Of a DNA stretch of 64,000 nucleotides, positions 9,969-20,402 are shown piece by piece. The stretch's first letter is position 1; every line of letters begins with the position of its first letter. The notes under the pieces were generated by a model, which had not been told where the DNA came from, searched no databases, and saw only the letters and a program-made list of their open reading frames with translations. Both the position numbers and the translations under genes were made by a program. The DNA comes from a virus: positions 32,001-96,000 of the IMG/VR virus record IMGVR_UViG_3300042453_003743; one strand, given 5' to 3'.

Positions 9969-10513
9969 AATGAAGCTCCATTATTGATCCCTGAAGTTAT
10001 TTCCATATGGTCATAAGTCAAAGACACGTTAAAAGCTACAAAATTAGTTTCGCCCATGTTTAAATTTATGTCACCCACAACGTTTGGCCAACATTTAAAC
10101 AAATTAATTTGTCTTATAGGTGTTCCATTCAAATCAAGTTGTTTAATTGTCCAAGTTGTTTGAAGAGACGCATAAGCATAATCGTTGTTTAACACTTTGT
10201 GTGAATAGTGTCCATCCAAAGATTCTTTCCACTTGTTAAAGCACCTCCAAAGACTAGTTGTATCGCCGTCATCATAGACACCAACAATCCATGGTTCGTA
10301 TGTTCTATCTCCAGCATAAGTTATAGTTCTTCCTCTGTAAGGAATTCCTATAGTATTAATTTTTGCTCTTGGCAAAGAAGCGGATACAATTTTAAATTTT
10401 AAATGGTTTGCTGGTGGTGAGATGCCTGTTGGCCAAACAGCTGAAACTTCAAATCTGTTAGGACGACTACCACCATTAAATTGATTTTTAAAATTTACTA
10501 GAGAATTGCTCAT
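9965..10513 (-). CDS. gp19: Tail tube protein gp19 (copy 1)
   Basis: GGSRPNRFEV, YRGRTITYAGDRTYEPW, CWPNVVGDINL. Confidence 0.92.
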   Translation of the reverse strand: MSNSLVNFKNQFNGGSRPNRFEVSAVWPTGISPPANHLKFKIVSASLPRAKINTIGIPYRGRTITYAGDRTYEPWIVGVYDDGDTTSLWRCFNKWKESLDGHYSHKVLNNDYAYASLQTTWTIKQLDLNGTPIRQINLFKCWPNVVGDINLNMGETNFVAFNVSLTYDHMEITSGINNGASL

Positions 10514-11802
10514 TATTGTGTAAGATTAACGTCGATGGTAAAGGATTCTACGCCCAGAATTGGTTTAATGATTACTTTAATGTTTAATGTAGCAGAATAA
10601 TCAGTATTGTTTGAAGAATCGCATATAATTTGCGTAGCATCGGTTTGCAAATACGAATTATATGCTTCAAGAGTGGTTGTTATTTCTGATGTTACTGCTT
10701 GGCGAGTTGTGGCAGTGTTGACATCAAAAGAATACTTCAATCCAATATCAGTTATTTTCTTAGTCAAATCAATTTTCATTTTTGCTGGACCAATTCTATC
10801 TGAAACTGTTACTGTGGTTCCAGAAGTAGCGCCAACAAGGTCTGAACCCAAAAATCTTGGTGTGTGAACAACAAAGAAGTTTACTCTTGCATTTCTTAGA
10901 GTATTTTTAGTGGAGCTAGACCACTCAACAGCCTCATTTATAGTTCCATTGATGGCGATTGCTCTGTCCAAGCCACCAATGGTCAAAAACTGCTCACCAC
11001 GATCTTTAGCTCTTGCACAGAACCCTGCTATATCAGCAGTGGTGTTTATTCTGTATGTAAATGTACCATTTTCGTAAAGAGAACTAATATTGTAGTTTGA
11101 ATCAATTGTTGACTGGGTTTTTGTACCGTATATATTAAATATTCTCTTCCCATAATCACCAGCAAGACTTGCACCCGGAGCCAAACTTCCAAAATTTTGC
11201 ATGGTTTGTGACGCACCTGTTACTCCAGATGTTGCCTGTGTTGGGAAGATTCCTAAAGTATTTGTTTGCGTATCTAGCCATGCAGCCAAAGAAGATTCTG
11301 CATTTTTTGCAATAACAACATCAAGATATTTTCCAGTTTGATTCTGATATTCAGAAAGACCAGCAGTTTCTCCGGCCAAGATCAGCGTACCACCGTAAGC
11401 CAAATAGTTTATGCAGTGAATAAAATCTAAACCAACTACTGTTGCGCTTACTTCACTACCAATATTTGTAAAAATTGCAGAAGTTGCGCCAGTCAAAGAT
11501 GAAATCAAACAATTTGTAATTCCAGAAAGCTTATTAAGATCGTTTACCAACTCACCAGGATTTGTGTAAACAATGTATTTGTCGGTAGTAAAACCCTTTG
11601 CAGGATTAAAAAAGTTAGTATTTCCTCTTGAATAAATGAGCCAACCAAAAAGACCACCGGGATCCAAAATTACTCCACCGGTGCTACTACCAAAAGAAAC
11701 TCCCTTGAACGTGGAGCCAGCTAGAATACCAGCTAAAAACTCTGTTCCAATTGTTTGTTTTGTATAATGACTTGGATTTATAAAGGAACTTAGTGATGCC
11801 AT
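10513..11802 (-). CDS. gp18: Tail sheath protein gp18 (short, divergent)
   Basis: NYLAYGG, ADIAGFCAR, FDVNTATTR, IICDSSNN...IKP sheath C-terminal motifs; lies between gp17 and gp19. Confidence 0.85.
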   Translation of the reverse strand: MASLSSFINPSHYTKQTIGTEFLAGILAGSTFKGVSFGSSTGGVILDPGGLFGWLIYSRGNTNFFNPAKGFTTDKYIVYTNPGELVNDLNKLSGITNCLISSLTGATSAIFTNIGSEVSATVVGLDFIHCINYLAYGGTLILAGETAGLSEYQNQTGKYLDVVIAKNAESSLAAWLDTQTNTLGIFPTQATSGVTGASQTMQNFGSLAPGASLAGDYGKRIFNIYGTKTQSTIDSNYNISSLYENGTFTYRINTTADIAGFCARAKDRGEQFLTIGGLDRAIAINGTINEAVEWSSSTKNTLRNARVNFFVVHTPRFLGSDLVGATSGTTVTVSDRIGPAKMKIDLTKKITDIGLKYSFDVNTATTRQAVTSEITTTLEAYNSYLQTDATQIICDSSNNTDYSATLNIKVIIKPILGVESFTIDVNLTQ

Positions 11803-11835
11803 CGATTATGCCTTTTCTATGTAATATTTAGAAAA

Positions 11836-13491
11836 TTAAGTAGGACGCCACACAACACCATCGCTAACAAAATCTTGATCATCATCAAAATTTTCATTAT
11901 TTAACATAAACAATGTGTTATCATCTTCTGGTTTTTTTGCTTCTTCGTAATTAAATTTAGCATTTTCAATTAAATCTGCATAATACTCTTGCCTGCAGAG
12001 CCAAGCAAAAAAGACAAGAGTCATAACCAAATCATCATTGTGGCCTTCGTCGGCCTTATACGTATTTGATTTTGAAACAAATGTCATCAATTCCTGAATA
12101 ATTCTTTCATCGTTTACTAAAATTTTATCTTCTTCGATGAGTCTTTTTAAAATGGCACATCCCAATTTTTTGGTTTGAGCTGTAGTTCTTATACCCATTT
12201 CACTTTTGCCGCTAGCAAAACCCTGAGATAAAATTTGTCCTTTTCTGCCCATAATTTTTGTCATCAACACGTTTTCATATTCCAAATCATTATAAAGTAT
12301 AGAAGAAACTTGACCGCCTATGTCATTTGTTTCAACCAATATGTAAGCATTATTATATTTTTCTCCAACTTTTTTTAGTACTGTTGGAAAGTTGAATGGA
12401 CTTATAGTATTATTTTTATATGTGCATACTACTTTATATGGAGCAGCAGTCCCATCGATAACAGTGAAGGCAGAATAATCAGACCCCTGACCTCTCGACA
12501 CATCTGCCATTATAAAATAAATTTTATTTTTATCTGGCTGTTCAAAAACTCTTAATCCTTCTTTGTCCTCTTCTAAAAATTCTTCCGATGCAAGAACACT
12601 GAGTTTGCTTGAAGATATTAAAGTATTTGATGATCCCAAAAAATTGCAACCATACTCTTGTTCAAATTGGTCTGGGCTGGTGTTTGCAATCTGTTCTTCT
12701 GCCCAAATGTCATCTCTTAATTTTGGTGCTCCTGGACTTATTGGCGTTTCTCTCCAGCTGACTTCAACTGGTATAAATTTATTTTTTAACTTGTGGCCAT
12801 CCGGTCTTTTTGCATCAACCCAAAGTTTATGAAAATGATTCATACCATTTGGAGTTGATACGATGATCAATTTTGTAGTAGTACCAGCAGATATTGTTGG
12901 ATAGGTTGATGTATAAAATTCTTCGGCCAAGTGGCTTGCCAAGAAGGCATACTCGTCAAGGAGCAGTAAGTTGTAAGAACCTCCACGAATGGCTGTTGAG
13001 GACGTTGCATCACACATGACTCTAGAGCCGTTTTCTAGCTTAAAGCTCGTCTTATTCCATTCTACAACTCCCTGTTGTAAAAAATGGGGTAGGTTCTCAT
13101 ATGCTAATTGTAATTTTGAAAAAAGCTCTTCTTTTGCAGTTTTTAATCTGTTTGCTAAAATTGCAACATTTACACTTTGATTAAATGTTATGTAATGGCA
13201 TATGTAACTGGTTACGCATGTTGATTTTCCACATTGACGTGGCCATTTAGAAATTACAAATCTGTTTTGATCTATTGCGTTTATAAATTTTTTTTGATAT
13301 GGATATAAATCAAACGGAACTATTCCTCGATCCAATGTTTTTACTTTTACATACTTTTCACAAAAATAAACAGGGTCTTTTGCACATTTTATATATTCTT
13401 CTAGTTGCTCTTTTGTATATTGTAATTCGACTCCTGGTAATTTTAAATTTGGGTTATTTCGATAACCCTGTATTTCATTCCCTTTTTTCAT
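11836..13491 (-). CDS. gp17: Terminase large subunit gp17
   Basis: PRQCGKST Walker A, LLLLDEYAF Walker B, IVSTPNG, DVSRG, HNDDLVM nuclease motif. Confidence 0.97.
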   Translation of the reverse strand: MKKGNEIQGYRNNPNLKLPGVELQYTKEQLEEYIKCAKDPVYFCEKYVKVKTLDRGIVPFDLYPYQKKFINAIDQNRFVISKWPRQCGKSTCVTSYICHYITFNQSVNVAILANRLKTAKEELFSKLQLAYENLPHFLQQGVVEWNKTSFKLENGSRVMCDATSSTAIRGGSYNLLLLDEYAFLASHLAEEFYTSTYPTISAGTTTKLIIVSTPNGMNHFHKLWVDAKRPDGHKLKNKFIPVEVSWRETPISPGAPKLRDDIWAEEQIANTSPDQFEQEYGCNFLGSSNTLISSSKLSVLASEEFLEEDKEGLRVFEQPDKNKIYFIMADVSRGQGSDYSAFTVIDGTAAPYKVVCTYKNNTISPFNFPTVLKKVGEKYNNAYILVETNDIGGQVSSILYNDLEYENVLMTKIMGRKGQILSQGFASGKSEMGIRTTAQTKKLGCAILKRLIEEDKILVNDERIIQELMTFVSKSNTYKADEGHNDDLVMTLVFFAWLCRQEYYADLIENAKFNYEEAKKPEDDNTLFMLNNENFDDDQDFVSDGVVWRPT

Positions 13492-13924
13492 CTTGGATCA
13501 CCTCAGCATCAACAACATCTTTATTGGTGCTTCTTTCTTTGTTCAACAAGTTTTGAAGATCTTTTGTCGAACCAACAAAAACTGAATTGTTTGTTTGTTT
13601 TATTTCTACTTTTGAACTAGTAGTATCTTTTGCTTTTTTATGTACATCTAAAACATTATTATTTAAATCTGCCATCGTTTTGAGTAATATGGCAACCACC
13701 TCAAATGCCCTTGGGCTATCGGATTCGGTTGCAACTTTTAGTGCACTTTCAAGAGCAACACTACCCGTTCCAATTAAATTTTTTAAATTTTCTTGAACCA
13801 ATTTATAATCTTTATCAAAATTTCCAGAATCAAATGTGCCACCCTGTATGGGTTTTTCTGAGGCTGGTAGTTTTGTTTCTGGTATAGAAAAAAATTGTGC
13901 TAAATTTTTATTAATATGCATCAC
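13475..13924 (-). CDS. gp16: Terminase small subunit gp16
   Basis: ESDSPRAFEV, NNSVFVGSTKDLQ. Confidence 0.92.
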   Translation of the reverse strand: MMHINKNLAQFFSIPETKLPASEKPIQGGTFDSGNFDKDYKLVQENLKNLIGTGSVALESALKVATESDSPRAFEVVAILLKTMADLNNNVLDVHKKAKDTTSSKVEIKQTNNSVFVGSTKDLQNLLNKERSTNKDVVDAEVIQDEKRE

Positions 13925-14606
13925 TTATTCCAAAAGAATTACCATCTCCGCCAAGCCCTTCTATATTTGCTGCCATGCTTCCCAAAGTTGTTGTCGGAAC
14001 TGTTTTTCCAAAAATATATGCTTTTGCAACAAAACTAAAAGAGGAGATATTTATTCTTCTTGTAGAAAAATCACCATCAAATCTTTCACTTAAATTATTT
14101 GGACCCATGACAATAGGAACAATAACATCTTTATTTACATCGCTATAATCTAGTTTTATAATATGATCAGGTACAAAGTATGGCATTATTTGTTCTACAA
14201 TTTGCATTGTATCGTCAGTGTGCCGAGTATATATGTATAAATTAAAATTTAAGTTTACGGGTATTTCGTTTGCTATTGAATAACCGCTTGGCTGGCAATT
14301 TCCAGCTGGACCTGTAGTTGGACTATACTGCGTAAGTCTTCCTTTTTTTCTTGAGGGGTCTGGAACGATTCCACTCATTATATAACTCATTCTGGGCAGC
14401 TGATTCTCTATTCTTGTTCCTTCGCTTATAGAAGACGGGTTTAAATATCTTTGTATAAATTTTTCTTGAGATGCATAAGCAAGTGGAACCTTTATTTCTT
14501 TAAAAGATCCATCACTTTCTGAGTGTCTTACACTAATATTATTAAATAGAGTTCCAAAAGCAACTACTATTTTTTTTAAATTTTGGTTATATATGTAACT
14601 AAACAT
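13911..14606 (-). CDS. gp15: Tail sheath stabiliser/completion protein gp15
   Basis: VVAFGTLFNNI, KVPLAY, LPRMS, QIVEQIMPYF. Confidence 0.93.
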   Translation of the reverse strand: MFSYIYNQNLKKIVVAFGTLFNNISVRHSESDGSFKEIKVPLAYASQEKFIQRYLNPSSISEGTRIENQLPRMSYIMSGIVPDPSRKKGRLTQYSPTTGPAGNCQPSGYSIANEIPVNLNFNLYIYTRHTDDTMQIVEQIMPYFVPDHIIKLDYSDVNKDVIVPIVMGPNNLSERFDGDFSTRRINISSFSFVAKAYIFGKTVPTTTLGSMAANIEGLGGDGNSFGISDAY

Positions 14607-14618
14607 TTATTTTTCCGT

Positions 14619-17600
14619 TTAATCGAAAGGATTATTGATATCAAAGTTTATTTCTTCTGCTTTTTGATCTAGCACATCATTTATACCAGCAGTAGTTCCT
14701 AAAATATTATTTTTAGGGATAATATAATTTTTAATACCATAATATTGTATATCAGAATCATTTGTGCTGGATATAATATACGCCGAAGCTCCTGTATAAC
14801 TAAAACTTCCAGTTATTCCTGTAATTTTGATAACATTATTGTTTACTTGCTCTATAATACCTTCAGCCAATGTGATTTGATTATCGACTATAAGTGATCT
14901 TTGTGTTATTCCTTGAGCGTAAAAAGGAGTATTATTTGGTAGCTGTGAAGTAATACCTGGGAAAGGATTTAAAGTTACACCATCAAAATAAATTGTTGGT
15001 ATTCTTATTGGTGGTTCGTTCGGTATTTTTTGTGGGGTTAAAGACGGCAGAGCTTCACTTATTGGTGTTGATCTTACATCTATATCAATTTTTACAATAA
15101 GCTCTTCTTTTGGAACACCCTTGGATTCCATAAAATTATTTAAAAATGCCACTGCCTCATCTGGCATTTCTATGAACGAATGATATCCGTTAGAGAATAT
15201 ATGATTGGTGAATGTAGTCCACGGTGGAGCAAGCATAATTGTTGGCTGGTGTGTTACACCAGATATCACATTATAGTAAGCGGTATGCCCCAAACCCTGA
15301 ATAAAAAATGGACTTCCGCTATCTCCGACAAAAGCCTCATATCCGCATTGATGTGGTTCTATGTCGCTTCTTGCTGGCATTACTGTCTCTAACAGGTAGT
15401 ATGTTATTCCAGAAGTAATGCCCGTTATAGGTTCAGCATTACCGGCAAAGAAATATTCATCATTTGTTTCTTTAACTTTTAATGATCTGGTAGATACAAG
15501 CCTTTCCTGTCCGTCTATTCCCCACACTCTTCTTCCTATATGTTTTTGATAATTTACAGTACCATAATTTTCTGAAACTAATGGATAAAAATTTTTGTAA
15601 ACAGCTACGGGAAAATCAATTGTTTTTCTTCCAGTAAAATTTTTAAATTTTGCCCATTTATTATAAATTGCTATTTTTGATAATTCGTCATTTTTTAAGG
15701 GCTGATCTAATTCATATAGGTACAAATCATACGGGTGATAAGGCAAACCAAAAATATCTGGAGGAAGTGGAATCAACCCAGCTTCGCTGTTTACTTGTGT
15801 CAAATCTCTGCTTATAATAGAATTATCATGCAGCATCCATTTTACATTATTAACTTGTAAGTTAGGTCCTGCATAATGAGCACAGGCCAGAGCAAATTTT
15901 CTATTAATTAATATAAAACACCAATACCCAGAGTTGTGTGTATTGACATCTACTCTGTAGGGATCTATTATATTCGCCCCATACGAAAGTGGGAATGCGT
16001 CATAAAAAGGCAAGTAATCCGCACCCAATCGCCGTGGCCGCATAGAACAACCACTAAAATCAATTTTATTATAACTGTCGTGAACTAAAAGATTATTTAG
16101 GGGATCTCTGTATTCTAACCAAGTGGTATCATTTTTTGCAATTGGCCATATTTCTGTATAATATGGCCTGGGTTCTAATGCAGAAGATTTATATTTAAAT
16201 CTATCATGTAGTTTTTCTGTATATCCACTTTCAAAAGTAAGTCTTGCAGGGGAAGGAACTGATTTTGGTTGTGATTCGTATTTATCAAATGTGTTTAAAT
16301 GTTTTTTTGCTATTGCTACCGCTTCCCGGGTTTTGGGGATGCTAAAGCCTGGACCGGCAACATCATCCCATCCAAGATTATTAAAATTGTACAAAGCTAT
16401 TGTAGAATTTTTACCACAAATAATTTTTTTTACATTTTCTCCGTATGTTACTGGATATGCATACCAGTGTGAATGCCAAGTTCCTTGCTCTCTGGTTAAT
16501 GAATACTGATTATCTGAAATAGTTCTCCATAAGGTTCCGCCTTTTTCTGGTGGAGATACAGGAGTATCTAATTGATTATATGTGTTTCCACCCCAACAAA
16601 TTACATTCTTGTTTTTAGTCAACAATACAGTGTGGTCCATACCACCAGATATTTGAAACCCCCCCGTACCAACTGTCTCGGGCACAGTGCACTGACCAGA
16701 TGCAGTCAAGCCCCAGCAGACAACAGTTCCATCCGTTTTTACTGCCATGCTATGGTAATACCCGCTACCTATACTAGCTACACCACTAAGTCCAGCCGGA
16801 ACAGAACATTGTGAATGTGTGTTTCCACCCCAACAAACAACGGTTCCATTTTCCTTGAGAGCAACAGTGTGGTCTAAACCACATGCCAGTTGTATAACTT
16901 TACTTTCCAAAGCCATTCCGTTTTCTTCAGCACTGTCTAAATCCAATCCCGCTGGAATGTTAATTCTTCCATTTGCAGTGGAACCCCACGCAATTATTCT
17001 TCCATTTTCAAATAAGGCGATTGAGTGACTTGCTCCAGCAACAATTTGTTTTAAATTTCCAGTGTAAAGTGCACCAACTGGTACATTGCATTGTCCCGAT
17101 TCATTGGCACCCCAAGCGTACAGTGTATACCCGTAACCCATTAAAAAATGGTTTTTTCCTGCGGCTATTAAATTATATTTTTCTTCGCTTGTTATTAATG
17201 GCAAACCACCAGTTCCGCCACTTGTTTCTAAACATATATTTGGATCCATTGCCCACGTATATTGTCTGAACACACCCTGTGATATTGGTGTATACAATTG
17301 CTCGACTGAAAAACTGGATCCAAAACTATTATAAAGCGTGTAATATTTTGAAACAAATTCGGGGATAGGTGCCCCGCCAGTCATTCCTTCTTTGTTTACA
17401 AATACAATCGCCGCACATCTACCAGTTTTTATACAGGAACTTTGGTTCAATTCAGTAGTACACAATGGTTCGTTATACTGATCGACAAAGCCAGTAACAT
17501 AAGCCCATTCAAAAATTTGAGGCGAACCGCCTCCTCCCGTCGAATCAAAAGAATCTATATTTCTTATACCTATCCCAAAACCACTATTTTCGCCCATTAC

Positions 17601-17849
17601 AAAAGATTTTATGTCAAGTTGTTCATAGCGTGGAAAAATTGCTGGCTCTAAAGAGGTATTTGTAAAATTGACACCCAACACGTTTACAGAACCTTGGGGA
17701 TTATTAATTTCTTCTAGCACATAGTGATTTCCAAAAGAAAAATCTTTTGTTGCATTATTTTTTCCAAAATCACCCCAAGCCATGAATGTTGTAAATTCAT
17801 TACCCGGGTATCCACCAGTTATACCATAATTTCTATAAAATACTGCCAT
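14619..17849 (-). CDS. RCC1-repeat beta-propeller + trypsin-like protease domain + gp14-type C-terminus (probable virion neck-associated protein)
   Basis: Repeats such as IVAGASHSIALFENGRIIAWG and LACGLDHTVALKENGTVVCWGGN; triad-like LACAHY / YDLYLYEL / GDSGSP; ends INFDINNPFD. Confidence 0.75.
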   Translation of the reverse strand: MAVFYRNYGITGGYPGNEFTTFMAWGDFGKNNATKDFSFGNHYVLEEINNPQGSVNVLGVNFTNTSLEPAIFPRYEQLDIKSFVMGENSGFGIGIRNIDSFDSTGGGGSPQIFEWAYVTGFVDQYNEPLCTTELNQSSCIKTGRCAAIVFVNKEGMTGGAPIPEFVSKYYTLYNSFGSSFSVEQLYTPISQGVFRQYTWAMDPNICLETSGGTGGLPLITSEEKYNLIAAGKNHFLMGYGYTLYAWGANESGQCNVPVGALYTGNLKQIVAGASHSIALFENGRIIAWGSTANGRINIPAGLDLDSAEENGMALESKVIQLACGLDHTVALKENGTVVCWGGNTHSQCSVPAGLSGVASIGSGYYHSMAVKTDGTVVCWGLTASGQCTVPETVGTGGFQISGGMDHTVLLTKNKNVICWGGNTYNQLDTPVSPPEKGGTLWRTISDNQYSLTREQGTWHSHWYAYPVTYGENVKKIICGKNSTIALYNFNNLGWDDVAGPGFSIPKTREAVAIAKKHLNTFDKYESQPKSVPSPARLTFESGYTEKLHDRFKYKSSALEPRPYYTEIWPIAKNDTTWLEYRDPLNNLLVHDSYNKIDFSGCSMRPRRLGADYLPFYDAFPLSYGANIIDPYRVDVNTHNSGYWCFILINRKFALACAHYAGPNLQVNNVKWMLHDNSIISRDLTQVNSEAGLIPLPPDIFGLPYHPYDLYLYELDQPLKNDELSKIAIYNKWAKFKNFTGRKTIDFPVAVYKNFYPLVSENYGTVNYQKHIGRRVWGIDGQERLVSTRSLKVKETNDEYFFAGNAEPITGITSGITYYLLETVMPARSDIEPHQCGYEAFVGDSGSPFFIQGLGHTAYYNVISGVTHQPTIMLAPPWTTFTNHIFSNGYHSFIEMPDEAVAFLNNFMESKGVPKEELIVKIDIDVRSTPISEALPSLTPQKIPNEPPIRIPTIYFDGVTLNPFPGITSQLPNNTPFYAQGITQRSLIVDNQITLAEGIIEQVNNNVIKITGITGSFSYTGASAYIISSTNDSDIQYYGIKNYIIPKNNILGTTAGINDVLDQKAEEINFDINNPFD

Positions 17850-17852
17850 TCG

Positions 17853-18500
17853 TTAATCTCCGAAAGTAAAGGTTGAGTAAGGGAATACACCATCAGGGAG
17901 AGTTTGCATGGTTATACTATAACCAACCTCAAATTGACCACTACCATTACTTAGCACAAATTGCGAATCGTCTTGTGACTGCTTATAAACGATATCAATA
18001 TTATTATTTTTAGTATTGATTTTTTCGTAGCTGTATGTAAATAGTTCTGCAGTTATGACGTATGAATACAATTTTCCAAGGGGATATAGTGGATTTTCAT
18101 GTTCGACAAAATTTATTTCAAATAAAGATTTGGAAAGAGGAAAGTATATCAAATCCCCTTCTCTTGGCCTAGTTAATGTAACGTCATAATTTGATATTTG
18201 CTGCTTAAATCTTCGTCGTGCTAAAAGTAAATTTATTTTGTCTTTAATTTCAACACCAAATTGTGTTATTATATCCGTTCCCTCAAAACCTTTATAAGAT
18301 AAAATATACATTTCAACTGTATAAGTTTTTTCAAAAGAAGAAGCGGGATCTTCTCCAAAAATTTTATCAATGTTGAAATATTTTCTAGGAATATAAAGGC
18401 AATCCTGACCAGTTGCTTTTATCAATTCAACAGTGATATCCTCTACCAAATCTTGTTCGGAGTGTCTTTTTGTTAGATTTAGGTATGGATTTGTCGCCAT
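17853..18500 (-). CDS. gp14: Neck protein gp14 (N-terminal core)
   Basis: EQDLVED, YIPRK, RPREGDLIYFPL, LFEINFVEHENP, ELFTYSYE. Confidence 0.92.
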   Translation of the reverse strand: MATNPYLNLTKRHSEQDLVEDITVELIKATGQDCLYIPRKYFNIDKIFGEDPASSFEKTYTVEMYILSYKGFEGTDIITQFGVEIKDKINLLLARRRFKQQISNYDVTLTRPREGDLIYFPLSKSLFEINFVEHENPLYPLGKLYSYVITAELFTYSYEKINTKNNNIDIVYKQSQDDSQFVLSNGSGQFEVGYSITMQTLPDGVFPYSTFTFGD

Positions 18501-18503
18501 TTA

Positions 18504-19331
18504 TTATCCTATTAAGGGATCAACCGGTAGCTCTTGTGTTTTCAAGAGTGTTGCTTCTATTTCAGCAAGTTCTCTTACTGCATCCGACATCATTGCACCG
18601 GCATTTAACTGGGCTCCACCCGGCAAAGGAATTCCAGAAAACTTCATCAAATTTTGAGCCCACTGTTTTTTAAGAATAGCAGAAAAATATAATTTAAAGA
18701 CACGATCATTCCATATGTTTGGGTATTTTTCTGGATCTATTTTAACATATGTTTCTAAAAGAATATATTTTGTGCTAGAAAGTTTTGTATAGTCTGTTTC
18801 TAAGAAAAGCCTATTTGTTGTTTTGGTGTAAGTATAAGACATTGGATAATTAAAAATATTATCAACGTTGTTTATATAAGACATGGCTTCTATGTAAGAA
18901 GCCAGCGGTGCCATTGGATAACCAGTTTGATTAAAGTATATTCCAAAAAAATCAAATAAAGTCATCTGATATCTTAAATCAAACATGTAGTCCCCAATAG
19001 GATGGCTGGGTGCATATACTTTGCTAACAGTTCTTATGTCTTGCGCTCTTGGCCAATAGCCAGTAGATCCGTCTGCAAACGTTCTTAACTGAGCACCAAT
19101 TGCATCACCAAACGTAGAGACATCGAAAAATTTTTGAGCAATTTCTTGATTTGATACTTGGTGTGCAAACAAGGCTCTTTGATTAAAATCAAAATGCCTG
19201 TCGTACATATATTCTAGGGCTTCGTCCAAACGATCTTCAATTTGTTGGCTATCTACGTTTACCTGTATAACGGGATGCCCCAAATGTCTTAAGGTATAGT
19301 CAATAAATTCTTGTCGGTTTGCAATGGCCAT
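18504..19331 (-). CDS. gp13: Neck protein gp13
   Basis: LRHLGHPVIQVNV, KKQWAQNLMKFSGIPLPGG. Confidence 0.94.
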   Translation of the reverse strand: MAIANRQEFIDYTLRHLGHPVIQVNVDSQQIEDRLDEALEYMYDRHFDFNQRALFAHQVSNQEIAQKFFDVSTFGDAIGAQLRTFADGSTGYWPRAQDIRTVSKVYAPSHPIGDYMFDLRYQMTLFDFFGIYFNQTGYPMAPLASYIEAMSYINNVDNIFNYPMSYTYTKTTNRLFLETDYTKLSSTKYILLETYVKIDPEKYPNIWNDRVFKLYFSAILKKQWAQNLMKFSGIPLPGGAQLNAGAMMSDAVRELAEIEATLLKTQELPVDPLIG

Positions 19332-19368
19332 AGAAATATTTATGAAATTTGTATGACCTGTTTACCTA

Positions 19369-19764
19369 TTAAGTTTGGTTAGCTGCACCGTTGATTGTGA
19401 CTTCTACAAAATTTAACTCTTCTTCTGGCATTTTTTCTATCAGCGTTTTTCTTTCAGAAACTACATTTGGATCGTAGTTTGTAAATCCAGGCATTTGAAG
19501 AGGACAATTTAATTTGGGATAATCCAATTTAGAATAATTTTGATTATTTTTTAGTAACCATGTATGAGGGAAATCACCGCACCCACACTTACCACAATAA
19601 TGCATTTCACCATATTGGCTTTTTTTTAAAAATTCACAGGCCGAAATTTCTTTGTGCCCAAAACAAGAAACGGCCCTTAATTTTTTTGTTAATAAATCTG
19701 CTTTTGTATTATTTAATCCCCTAGAAGCTACAGACATAGCCAAAGACACAATTTTATCTAACAT
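19369..19764 (-). CDS. Cys-rich small protein (CxxCGC ... KL ... CP)
   Basis: YCGKCGCG...SKLDYPKLNCP; same pattern as 34033-34731. Confidence 0.65.
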   Translation of the reverse strand: MLDKIVSLAMSVASRGLNNTKADLLTKKLRAVSCFGHKEISACEFLKKSQYGEMHYCGKCGCGDFPHTWLLKNNQNYSKLDYPKLNCPLQMPGFTNYDPNVVSERKTLIEKMPEEELNFVEVTINGAANQT

Positions 19765-19766
19765 TA

Positions 19767-20402
19767 TTATACGCTCCTATAAACTATTACACTTCCTGCT
19801 GAAAATACGTATTCTCTTAAAAATGAATCGAAAGACAATAAATTATAATATTCAGAAGAATCTACTTCTATTGTTATAAATCCAGGAGAACTTGTGTGAA
19901 CAAAGACATCAGTTACCGATATGCCAAGCAACGTTACCAACAAATACTTTATAGAATCTTCTGTTCCTTTTTTGTTTGTAAACTCTTCTTTTGCTTTTAA
20001 AGCAAATTTTCTTATATTTTTACGTATGGATGCTAGAGGCTCTTGTGAAAAATCTGCATTAGGAAAATAATATTCAGCAACAGCCTCTAAAAAAATAGAA
20101 TTACAGTAAATTGGTACTCTTAAGTTTTCCCACTCCAATTGTGCGCCGTATCCTTGATCGATACTTAAAAGCCATCTTAAATAATTTTTTATAATAGGAA
20201 CTACCAAAACGTCACTGGGATTTGTTTCATATTTTTTTATTATCCAATTTGGAAAAAGAGATTCGATTGTAAGATCATCTCCTAAAAATTTAAATCCTTC
20301 CACGTTATAAAATTCCGAAGCATACAAAGTTTTGGCCTTTTCGACCATTTTTTCAATTTTATAACTTTCAGTTACTGGAATGTTATTGAATAATAATATC
20401 AT
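19767..20402 (-). CDS. Baseplate wedge protein (gp7-like)
   Basis: KKGTEDSIKYLLVTLLG motif and position after gp6. Confidence 0.65.
   Translation of the reverse strand: MILLFNNIPVTESYKIEKMVEKAKTLYASEFYNVEGFKFLGDDLTIESLFPNWIIKKYETNPSDVLVVPIIKNYLRWLLSIDQGYGAQLEWENLRVPIYCNSIFLEAVAEYYFPNADFSQEPLASIRKNIRKFALKAKEEFTNKKGTEDSIKYLLVTLLGISVTDVFVHTSSPGFITIEVDSSEYYNLLSFDSFLREYVFSAGSVIVYRSV

Noticed and set aside
11836-13491. Intein or intron in terminase or other core genes
   Set aside because: Lengths and motif spacing are normal; no homing endonuclease or splice motifs seen.
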